Virus record (IMG/VR): IMGVR_UViG_3300032088_000018
Location: 1 to 43,188 of that record
Length of the DNA stretch: 43,188 nt
Reading direction: 5' to 3' (one strand)
Origin: a virus
Lineage: Duplodnaviria; Caudoviricetes
Positions 35,824 through 43,188 of the stretch are shown piece after piece; position 1 is the first letter of the stretch; each line of letters starts with the position of its first letter. A program made the translations under genes and the position numbers. The notes under the pieces are model-generated. The model was not told where the DNA came from. It saw only the letters and a program-made list of their open reading frames with translations, and made no database searches.

Positions 35824-36752
35824 TGAACGCCCACGAGAGGTTCAAGGAATACGCTGGTGATAAGTGTTGGCAAGCTCACATCTCTGATGTTAACAGAGAA
35901 ACTGATTTGGAACTGGCAGGCTTAACTGCGCAAAAAACTTCTCAGCTAAAAGTCTCAGATTTTGAATTTGAATATGTTCCCAAAGAGGACAAGCTTGTTT
36001 GCTCCGAGATTAGGCAGTTCATCGAACGACACGAGTGGCTAGGCAAGATGCCAATTTGGTCCACTCACAGGTTCACTGCTCGACTTAAGGGTTGCGGCAC
36101 TTTGGCTGGTACCATTGTCATGGCGACTCCGTATACCTTCTCAAACCTCTTAGGCAAGGAAAACCGAGGCAAGGAGAAATTAATTGCACGGGGTGCGTGT
36201 ATTTCGTGGTCACCTAAAAATCTTGGCTCATGGTTGATAATGCAGTCAGTGCGTTGGATGGTGCAGCATACTGAGTTTAGATTCTTTACAGCTTACAGCG
36301 ACCCTGAAGCGAAAGAGCTTGGCACACTCTATCAGGCTTGTAACTTCCATTACCTTGGGCAGAAGTTTGGCACGGGCAATCAATACCTAGACCCAGCTAA
36401 ACCAGACCGTGGGTGGTTTGGCGCATCGGGCTTCAGCGATAGAAGTCAAATTGTGCGGTATGCAAAACAGTTGGGCATGACATGGCAACCCGAGTGGTAC
36501 AAGTATGTGGGTTCGAAGAAGAATTATCGCAAGGTAGACTGGAAGGCTATTCCTGAGAAGGAAGCTGCCATGCTTAAACAAGCAAGAAAAGACCATCGTG
36601 CTCGTTGTCAGCAGCGACCATCACCTTCGAAACATAAGTATGTTTATATTCTCGGTGCGAGCAAGCGAGAAACTAAAGCATTGCTTAAGAAGTTTGCAGA
36701 AAATAACCCGAAGAAGATTAATTTAGAATATCCAAGGGCACGAGGAGTTTGA
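35823..36752 (+). CDS. mom: Mom-family (GNAT fold) DNA base-modification enzyme
   Basis: FIERHEWLG, RGAC...PKNLGSWLI, AYSDPEAKELGTLYQACNFHYLG and KHKYVYIL resemble the Mu Mom family pattern. Confidence 0.75.
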   Translation: MNAHERFKEYAGDKCWQAHISDVNRETDLELAGLTAQKTSQLKVSDFEFEYVPKEDKLVCSEIRQFIERHEWLGKMPIWSTHRFTARLKGCGTLAGTIVMATPYTFSNLLGKENRGKEKLIARGACISWSPKNLGSWLIMQSVRWMVQHTEFRFFTAYSDPEAKELGTLYQACNFHYLGQKFGTGNQYLDPAKPDRGWFGASGFSDRSQIVRYAKQLGMTWQPEWYKYVGSKKNYRKVDWKAIPEKEAAMLKQARKDHRARCQQRPSPSKHKYVYILGASKRETKALLKKFAENNPKKINLEYPRARGV

Positions 36753-36854
36753 ACTCTCGCTGCTCCTTCTTAATTATTGTGGACATTTACATAAAATCCA
36801 AAAAAGATGAAAAAAATAGCATTTATTGACAAACATCTTTTTGTGCGAGACAGA

Positions 36855-36862
36855 ACTATTTA
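36855..36862 (+). promoter_or_regulatory. Candidate late promoter ACTATTTA
   Basis: Octamer 47 nt upstream of the operon starting at 36910, which contains the leader-bearing proteins. Confidence 0.55.
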
Positions 36863-36909
36863 TTGAGTGAAATAATAACAGATTCCCCCCGTGAGAGGAG
36901 ACTTACGAT

Positions 36910-37305
36910 ATGAGTGAAGATAATGACGAAAAGTCTTTACAGGCAGAAGAGCAAGAGAAGGAGAGAGCAGCACAAGATGAGTTGCTCCCCTCAGCACCAC
37001 CAAAACTAGCAGCCCGAGGTATTCGAACATTCACCGTTGCCCGACGGTTCGATGAATCTGGCGTCTCGGGCACGGGTGTTGTCATCGAAGGCGTTGTATT
37101 GGCAACTGGTCAGTGCATTGTCCACTGGCTCTATCCGCCGCCTCGTGGTGGCATTGCAATTTTTGACTCGATGAACGACTTTATCAAGGTCCACATCGGT
37201 CCACACCCAGCAAATAAAACAATTATCACTTACCAAGACGGCGAACAGCAGACATTTGGGAATGATGACGAAACCACACCAGAAGCTCAAAACGAGGCAG
37301 AATAA
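36910..37305 (+). CDS. Conserved phage hypothetical protein
   Basis: GAGGAG RBS. Motif RRFDESGVSGTGVVIEGV...G.CIVHW. Confidence 0.75.
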   Translation: MSEDNDEKSLQAEEQEKERAAQDELLPSAPPKLAARGIRTFTVARRFDESGVSGTGVVIEGVVLATGQCIVHWLYPPPRGGIAIFDSMNDFIKVHIGPHPANKTIITYQDGEQQTFGNDDETTPEAQNEAE

Positions 37306-37707
37306 ATGCAGAGTCTTATAAAAAACCTACGCCCGATTTATATCGAGGAATCTAGATTCCCAGTTTGGCTGAGCAAGCTGGTCCCTATTGAGGTATGGGC
37401 TGTGAGTATCGGACCCTTTGTATGGTGCCGAGGTATATTATCTACCACTACAAAGCGCCACGAGTGTATTCATTTTCACCAGCAGCTAGAATTATTGTTT
37501 GTAGGCCAGTGGATTTTGTACGGTTTGAGCTATTTATATAATAGAATTATAAAGAGAATGGACGGTCCTACAGCCTATCGGTTTAATGTGTTCGAAGTAG
37601 AGGCTTATACTCATGAATCGACAGTACATTACTTAAGAAACAGAAAGACCTTTGCTTGGGTCAAATATATAAAGGGAAGTGAAGAAGATGAAACTCAAGG
37701 ATTTTAA
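37306..37707 (+). CDS. HExxH zinc-metallopeptidase-like protein
   Basis: RHECIHFHQQ...AYRFNVFEVEAY, with a hydrophobic segment. Confidence 0.65.
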   Translation: MQSLIKNLRPIYIEESRFPVWLSKLVPIEVWAVSIGPFVWCRGILSTTTKRHECIHFHQQLELLFVGQWILYGLSYLYNRIIKRMDGPTAYRFNVFEVEAYTHESTVHYLRNRKTFAWVKYIKGSEEDETQGF

Positions 37708-38875
37708 AAAATTAAATGAGAACTGGAGTCAGTGGGCTGCACAGGGGTACCCGTCGGGTCCGAGGGCAGACCTATACGATGCTATTCGTGACTACTCTAA
37801 GGAGTTGACGGGCAGCAGAGAAACTTATGGCGACTTTGATAAGCTAGATTCAATGAGCGACGAGCAACTAGAAGAATATTATGCTGGCATGAAAAACTCA
37901 CCAGAAGCACAAGCTGTGGTTGACGATGCTGCGGCAGAAGAAGAAGCCGCTATGGGCGTTGATACCGAGTACGACAAGATGCCCTCACAGTCTGGCATGG
38001 GCAGGGGAATGAGAGAGTCCGCAGGCGGCAAGCTTCAGTACTCTGTATCAAACACTGGCTATGGCGATGTGTATGAGTTCTTCGACGAGAATGGCGAAGA
38101 GACAGAACAGACTCTAGGAATGATGGTTCTCGACTTGGCTGATGCTGGAGTGGGCGGCTGGGCACCCGAAGAGCAAATTAGTAGAATGATGGCTGTCAAC
38201 GCAGACCCAAGCAAGAATCAAGGTGGAATGCAGAAGTGGGATAGCAGCGTCTTTGAAGACTATTATGGTGCAGACAACCAAAAGATTCTTCAGGCTTGGG
38301 CTAAGATGAGCGGCATGGAGCTTGAGCAAATGCCAGAAGCCGAAGACGAGTATGAAGACGACGGCACCAACGACTTTGAAGAATACTATAGCGAAAGCAA
38401 GAAGCGCAACAAGGTTCACGAAGGGCGCTATCATTTCGCAAACTCCTTCGACCAGCTTGACATTGGAGAAGACCCAAGAGCACAAGCATTCGAACAGTGC
38501 ATAAAAATTCTTAATGAGCTAACCTACGATTCCTTAGAGGGCGACGCTGCATCTTACGCAGATGATGCTGCCCGACTGCTCTGGAAGGCATCAGAAGAAT
38601 TAGATTATAAAAGAAATCAAGTGGGCAATGTTGAAGAAGCACTCAGCCCAGAAGACGAAAGAGCCAGTGAGCAGGCTTATGCGATGGGCTTCAAGAAGGG
38701 CAAAGAGGGCATGGCAGTTGTTGATGTTTGTAGAGGCTTGACTGGTATCGGACACAAGGCTTGCATGGCAGGGCATCAAGACGGCGCTAACGAGTTCAGG
38801 CAGTCGCTTGCAGAGCGTGTACGCCAGACTGTGGTGCGAAAACTTACAGAAGCCAAAGGAGCCGAAAAGAAATGA
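37688..38875 (+). CDS. Acidic multi-module protein, probable virion-internal
   Basis: Leader MKLKDFKKLNENWSQW and C-terminal LAERVRQTVVRKLTE. GTG 37679 is the alternative start. Confidence 0.65.
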   Translation: MKLKDFKKLNENWSQWAAQGYPSGPRADLYDAIRDYSKELTGSRETYGDFDKLDSMSDEQLEEYYAGMKNSPEAQAVVDDAAAEEEAAMGVDTEYDKMPSQSGMGRGMRESAGGKLQYSVSNTGYGDVYEFFDENGEETEQTLGMMVLDLADAGVGGWAPEEQISRMMAVNADPSKNQGGMQKWDSSVFEDYYGADNQKILQAWAKMSGMELEQMPEAEDEYEDDGTNDFEEYYSESKKRNKVHEGRYHFANSFDQLDIGEDPRAQAFEQCIKILNELTYDSLEGDAASYADDAARLLWKASEELDYKRNQVGNVEEALSPEDERASEQAYAMGFKKGKEGMAVVDVCRGLTGIGHKACMAGHQDGANEFRQSLAERVRQTVVRKLTEAKGAEKK

Positions 38876-40305
38876 AAAACCTACTAACAGAGTGGCGAAA
38901 ATATCTTAAAGAAGAGGAGGGGTCGGATTTTAAAGTACACACGATGTACAACCCTGAAACGGGAGAGTCCGACGAGGCTCAGTCGGAAGACGAGCACAAC
39001 TCTCTTGCAGAGAAGGGATATGTTCATGTAGACCCAGAAGCTGTCAGGCAGACCCTTGAAGCCGAAGGCGGCGCAGCAGGGCTCGAAGCTATAATGGGCG
39101 CTGTTGATGCAGAAGAAGAAGAGTTGCAAAAAGCTATGATGGCTATGCCAGATGTGGCACAGCATGAGAATGGTGATTATGTTATGTCTGATGAAGCCGA
39201 GGTGGAGGTTAAGAAGGAAGCTGCCGAAGTTAAAGATAAATACGACGATGAGGTCGAGCGACGAAGCAAGAAGACAATGAAACAGGGCTTGGCTTTCATG
39301 AAGAGCGAAGAAAAGCTGCAAAGCTTCGTATCGTCGATTATTGACGAAGTACTGTCTGAGGACTGTTGGGACGGCTACGAGAGGAACCCTGATGTGCCAG
39401 AAGGCGAGCAGGGCTCTTGTAGGGAGAAAACTAACGAAGGGGCTGAAGGTGGTTTTAAAGTAGGCGAGTTCGTTAATGTTGTCGATGGTTCACTTAAAGG
39501 CGCTACTGGCAAGGTTATCGAATTGACTACTACTACAACTGGTAGAGAAGGTTATGTTATTGAGCTTTACTCCGACGCCAACATGAAAGTCTTCGGACAA
39601 AGAGGCGACGAAGTTATTGCTCTTGCACAAGACTTAGTATCTGGTGGCACCTCCGATGGTATGGAACTCTACGACATCGACGAGGGCGAAGGTCTCTGGA
39701 AAAACATCCACGCAAAGAAAAAGAGGATGAAGGCTGGTTCGGGCGAAAAGAAAGCAAAGCCTGGGGATGAAGACTATCCAGAGACTCTAGATATTGATGA
39801 GGCTGAGTTGACCGAACGAGGCTCGCCACTTGAGAGTGGTCTCCAGACCGCAGTCCAAGATTTTATTATAGAACAGATGCAAAAAATGGGCTTGAATGCT
39901 GGCGACCCAACAGACCGAGATAGAATTAAAAATCAAGTCATGTCGATTGTCAGCACCGCCATTTCAGCCATCGGCTTGGACGAATCAAAGAAGGTGGACG
40001 ACAACCTCCAAGAGAATGTTGCAACTTTCATCGATGACTTCTTTATTAAAGAGGAAACAGACAAGGAGCGCATGAAGTGCAACAGTCCTCGTTACATTAA
40101 GAAGGGTGAGCCTGGATACGGCAAGAAGCAGAAGGTTGTTAAGGCTTGCAAGGACGGCAAAGAAAAGATTATCCGCTTTGGTGATGCTAATATGGAAAAT
40201 AAAAGCGACAGCAAAGACAACAAGTCGAACTTTAGAAGTAGGCACAATTGCGATGAGAAGACGGACAAATTCTCAGCAGGATACTGGTCTTGTAAAGATT
40301 GGTAG
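38872..40305 (+). CDS. Acidic mosaic protein, probable virion-internal polyprotein
   Basis: Leader MKNLLTEWRKYLKEE. Modules CWDGY, a KOW-like FKVGEFVNVVDG, GLWKNIHAKKKR and C-terminal FRSRHNC...GYWSCKDW. Confidence 0.7.
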   Translation: MKNLLTEWRKYLKEEEGSDFKVHTMYNPETGESDEAQSEDEHNSLAEKGYVHVDPEAVRQTLEAEGGAAGLEAIMGAVDAEEEELQKAMMAMPDVAQHENGDYVMSDEAEVEVKKEAAEVKDKYDDEVERRSKKTMKQGLAFMKSEEKLQSFVSSIIDEVLSEDCWDGYERNPDVPEGEQGSCREKTNEGAEGGFKVGEFVNVVDGSLKGATGKVIELTTTTTGREGYVIELYSDANMKVFGQRGDEVIALAQDLVSGGTSDGMELYDIDEGEGLWKNIHAKKKRMKAGSGEKKAKPGDEDYPETLDIDEAELTERGSPLESGLQTAVQDFIIEQMQKMGLNAGDPTDRDRIKNQVMSIVSTAISAIGLDESKKVDDNLQENVATFIDDFFIKEETDKERMKCNSPRYIKKGEPGYGKKQKVVKACKDGKEKIIRFGDANMENKSDSKDNKSNFRSRHNCDEKTDKFSAGYWSCKDW

Positions 40306-40312
40306 GGGGTAG

Positions 40313-40543
40313 TTGATGTTTCTTACAAAGCACTTAAAAGAAAATAACGAAACCTACTTTGGTCACTTGAAGTTCGCAGGAAGGGTGGGGCTCTATCTTT
40401 CCTTGGCTTCAATTTGTTATTCGGTTCATGCAATCTTGCCGTTCATCCCAATCCCAGCCCGTTTTAGTTTTGAGACTGTGGTCAACAAGTGCATTGCTTG
40501 GCACAATTATACTGTATTAAGAATGGACACAGACGAACAATGA
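40313..40543 (+). CDS. Small membrane protein (DUF6356-like)
   Basis: HLKENNETYFGHLKFA followed by a hydrophobic helix and VHAILPF. Confidence 0.6.
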   Translation: MMFLTKHLKENNETYFGHLKFAGRVGLYLSLASICYSVHAILPFIPIPARFSFETVVNKCIAWHNYTVLRMDTDEQ

Positions 40544-41208
40544 AGAAACTATTAACAGAGTGGCGGAAGTTCTTAGCCGAGGGCACCGACCCACGAATTC
40601 AAAAGCAGATTAATATGTTACTTGCCCTTCCAAAGGGCATCGGCATTGTTGGCGACTCTGAAGATTCCTTCGGTATGTCATTCAAGTATGCTGAGTTGCA
40701 CGAGAATGGTTACGATACTCTTGGCGACGATGGCAATGACGAAGGCATCCCTTATGGCTCCGTGGACATCATGGAGACTGAATCAGACGCAGAAGGTCCA
40801 TGCTTCGGCGGCTTCACAGTTATCGGAAGCAGCGCAGCTAAGGGCTGGGGTCCGCTCCTTTATGAGGTTGCAATTGAGTGGGCTTCGCAAGAAGGCGGAG
40901 GGCTGACGGCAGATAGATTCTCAGTATCTGATAACGCTCAGGCTGTTTGGGACAAATATGGAAAGAGAGGGGATGTATCGGGCAATCAAATGGATGTGAG
41001 TCACAACCCCGAAGGGGCAGGTGCAAGGTTAAACAAGACAGTTCCCCAGCTTACACCAGATGACGAGTCTGACGACTGTGACCAAGCCCGAGCTATATCA
41101 AAGCATGGACCCGACTGGCACAAAGACCCGACAACAAGAATGTATAAGAAAGATAACCCAGAGGTGATGCAAGCCCTCAAGGCAGCGGGGAGGCTGTTCA
41201 TCGCATGA
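40540..41208 (+). CDS. Leader-bearing GNAT-fold protein
   Basis: ATG 40540 (ATGA overlap). Leader MKKLLTEWRKFLAE, then KGWGPLLYEVAIE...LTADRFSVSDNAQAVW (acetyl-CoA-binding-type motif). Confidence 0.65.
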   Translation: MKKLLTEWRKFLAEGTDPRIQKQINMLLALPKGIGIVGDSEDSFGMSFKYAELHENGYDTLGDDGNDEGIPYGSVDIMETESDAEGPCFGGFTVIGSSAAKGWGPLLYEVAIEWASQEGGGLTADRFSVSDNAQAVWDKYGKRGDVSGNQMDVSHNPEGAGARLNKTVPQLTPDDESDDCDQARAISKHGPDWHKDPTTRMYKKDNPEVMQALKAAGRLFIA

Positions 41209-41591
41209 AGCTATTGATGGAAAATTGGAGAGGGTATCTATCTGAAGGCGAATGCACGAACGCTACCGTGCTTGCTATCGCTGACCACTTTGGTGATGAG
41301 GTTCCACAGGATGCTTGCCTTAGCCATACCACTGGCATTGATATGTTCATGTATCTCAAGAGAGACATGGGATATAAATTAAAAAATGAGTACGGGTGGA
41401 TGCAGAAATCCGTAAGGGAAGGGTGGAAGCCAACACTGAAGAAATTTATTGAAGACCACCCAAAGGGTGTCTATTATCTTTCATCAAGAGGACATGCTAT
41501 GGCATTGATTGATGGGCAGTTGGTAGACACGGCTGAGTTCATCAGGTTGGGGAGAGTTCTAGTAGTTAACGCAGTGAGTATTGAGAAGTGA
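41205..41591 (+). CDS. Leader-bearing papain-like (Cys-His-Asp) protein
   Basis: Leader MKLLMENWRGYLSE, then ECTNATVLAIA...GHAMALIDGQLVDT. Confidence 0.6.
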   Translation: MKLLMENWRGYLSEGECTNATVLAIADHFGDEVPQDACLSHTTGIDMFMYLKRDMGYKLKNEYGWMQKSVREGWKPTLKKFIEDHPKGVYYLSSRGHAMALIDGQLVDTAEFIRLGRVLVVNAVSIEK

Positions 41592-42367
41592 AACACTTAA
41601 TGGAAAATTGGCGCAGGTTCATCACTGAGAGCGAGAAAATCGCTCTCGGTCAGTGCTACCCGTTTGCCAACAGAATGGCAACCAAGTGGTCAAATGACCA
41701 CATAGACAAGACTAAGCCTCCTGGCAAGGGAGTTCACCCAGACATTGACAATAAAGATAAATTCAAAGTTGTTCACGGAAAGGTCACAGACAAATTTAGT
41801 GGCGAGAGTTATAATCACGCTTGGGTTGAAATGGAAGATGTGGTGTTTGATGACCAAACCAAACACACGAAGCCTGACGGGATTCCAAAGGGCACATACT
41901 ATGAACTTTACCAGCCAGAGGTACACGCAGAGTATACAGCCGAAGAGTCTATGATTAACTGCATGAAGTCTGGTCACGAAGGTCCGTGGAATGAAGACTC
42001 CCAGTTGCAAGAAGCAATCACTCTTGACATTGAAGTCGGAGATATTGTTCTTGGCGGTAAATATAAAAATAAAAGAATTGAAGTAAAAGAGATTGGCACC
42101 GATGAGATTGGTCAGCCGACCATCAACGGCAAGTCTCTTTTAAAGTTTAGAATTGAAAAGCATCTTCCCGATGAAAAGAAGTCGAAGAAGACACTGGAAG
42201 CAGAGAAGAAACAGGAAGAGGGCAAGGATTTTCAAAAAGATTCTTCATACATTAAAGACCACGAAGACAACAAAGAAGAATTAATTGGTGATGGAGGTCA
42301 GGACAATACTGAGCCTTATGAGAAGGAACCAATTAAAAAACGCAGCAAGAGTGCTCCGCCCGCCTAG
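41588..42367 (+). CDS. Leader-bearing transglutaminase-like (Cys-His-Asp) protein with a second module
   Basis: Leader MKHLMENWRRFITE, then GQCYPFA...VHG...HAWVE...VFD. A second module starts after LQE (IEVGDIVLGGKYKNK...GQPTING). Confidence 0.62.
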   Translation: MKHLMENWRRFITESEKIALGQCYPFANRMATKWSNDHIDKTKPPGKGVHPDIDNKDKFKVVHGKVTDKFSGESYNHAWVEMEDVVFDDQTKHTKPDGIPKGTYYELYQPEVHAEYTAEESMINCMKSGHEGPWNEDSQLQEAITLDIEVGDIVLGGKYKNKRIEVKEIGTDEIGQPTINGKSLLKFRIEKHLPDEKKSKKTLEAEKKQEEGKDFQKDSSYIKDHEDNKEELIGDGGQDNTEPYEKEPIKKRSKSAPPA

Positions 42368-42374
42368 TTAATAC

Positions 42375-42560
42375 ATGGAGTCAGAAAGAAAGCAAAAGCC
42401 TTATCCATATAAGGCTGCCGAGTTTACGACAGAAGAACTTGAGAAGATGAAGAGCATGGCGTCTTTGCGTGAGTACAATGTCTTCCATGATTGCAATCAT
42501 ATAATCTATTCTCTGACTGTCCAGTTGATTAAAGAAAGGGCGGCAAATGAAAAACCTTAG
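42375..42560 (+). CDS. Small hypothetical protein
   Basis: Fills the gap between ORFs and is preceded by CCTAGTTA, a late-motif variant. Confidence 0.5.
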   Translation: MESERKQKPYPYKAAEFTTEELEKMKSMASLREYNVFHDCNHIIYSLTVQLIKERAANEKP

Positions 42561-42729
42561 AAAGACATTGAAGGTGGTGTTGCTCGTGGCAACTGGCGTG
42601 AATCTTGCACTGTTCTCGTTTGGGCTTTCTCTCGGGTCTTCAGACATGTACTTGTTGGCTATTGCCTCTGCTGTGTTCTGCTTCACTGGGTATATAAGCC
42701 TCTCACTTGATGAAAACGACGAAAGGTAA
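42547..42729 (+). CDS. Small two-helix membrane protein
   Basis: Two hydrophobic segments in 60 aa. Confidence 0.55.
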   Translation: MKNLRKTLKVVLLVATGVNLALFSFGLSLGSSDMYLLAIASAVFCFTGYISLSLDENDER

Positions 42730-42733
42730 CATC

Positions 42734-42976
42734 ATGGCTTGGGACATTCTATTGACATTCACCTTGGCATGTGTTATTTATATTCAATATGTTACAATAA
42801 AAAGCCACAAAAGAAACATCTTTATTCTTGCTAAAAAGATTAGAGAAAACTCTGCAACCCCGCAACAAGACACTAAAAATTGGCAACCAAAGATTATTGA
42901 AGGTGAACTTGATATGTTCCATAATGGGAAGAGAGCCTCTATCAAAGCGGTCTTTTATCCAAAAAAAGTAATTTAA
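42734..42976 (+). CDS. Small membrane-anchored protein
   Basis: MAWDILLTFTLACVIYIQYV N-terminal TM. ATG 42734 follows AAGG. Confidence 0.55.
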   Translation: MAWDILLTFTLACVIYIQYVTIKSHKRNIFILAKKIRENSATPQQDTKNWQPKIIEGELDMFHNGKRASIKAVFYPKKVI

Positions 42977-43026
42977 ACCTAATAAATCACGATTTTGACC
43001 ACTACCTATTAATGGAGGTGGAAAAT

Positions 43027-43188
43027 GTGATAAAATCTTTGTTTTTGCCGTTGATACTCTTGTTGGCTTCCTGTAGCTGCGGCGAAAAGTACCGCCTAAT
43101 CAAGTCCTGTTCTTGGAAAGCCGATAAGAATATTGGTTGCATTGGCAGTGATACATTCTACGATGAGGTCGTAGGCGAAGCTCGTCTT
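43027..43188 (+). CDS. Putative lipoprotein (3' truncated; not in the ORF track)
   Basis: GGAGG RBS, GTG start and MIKSLFLPLILLLASC lipobox. The frame is open to the window end. Confidence 0.6.
   Translation, partial: MIKSLFLPLILLLASCSCGEKYRLIKSCSWKADKNIGCIGSDTFYDEVVGEARL

Noticed and set aside
36826-36854. TTGACA upstream of ORF 36910
   Set aside because: There is no -10 hexamer at 16-18 nt spacing.
1-43188. tRNA genes, alternative genetic code, integrase or reverse transcriptase
   Set aside because: No cloverleaf was seen in the short intergenic gaps. Known genes are full-length under the standard code with all three stops used, and no integrase or RT motifs were recognised.

Overview
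This window is a segment of a large dsDNA bacteriophage, probably a contractile-tailed myovirus with distant T4-like organisation. All credible genes are on the + strand. In order it holds: (1) the end of a tail/baseplate module (1-5087); (2) a replication and nucleotide-metabolism block with a minimal family-A polymerase, a tubulin/FtsZ-like GTPase, a WYL_2/SH3-like protein, a gp32-like SSB, RecA, a deaminase, a 5'-3' exonuclease, a DnaB-like helicase, class II RNR, GroES, an SLT lysin, DnaE, dUTPase, an IMPDH/GMPR-family enzyme and a stand-alone sigma-4 protein; (3) ClpP, GroEL and a Mom-like DNA-modification enzyme; and (4) a cluster of acidic, probably virion-internal proteins. About a dozen near-consensus sigma70 promoters and a candidate late-promoter motif (ACTATTTA) are visible. 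Two features stand out. The first is a ~34-nt element repeated in four consecutive intergenic regions between SSB and recA. Its compensatory substitutions support an H-type RNA pseudoknot 33-40 nt upstream of each start codon, and it brackets three accessory genes like cassettes. The second is a set of unrelated enzyme domains (GNAT, papain-like, transglutaminase-like, P-loop kinase), most carrying a shared N-terminal leader MKxLxE(N)WRxF/YLxE that resembles the T4 capsid-targeting signal, which suggests a modular system for packaging effectors into the head. All calls come from motif recognition by eye; no database searches were run.
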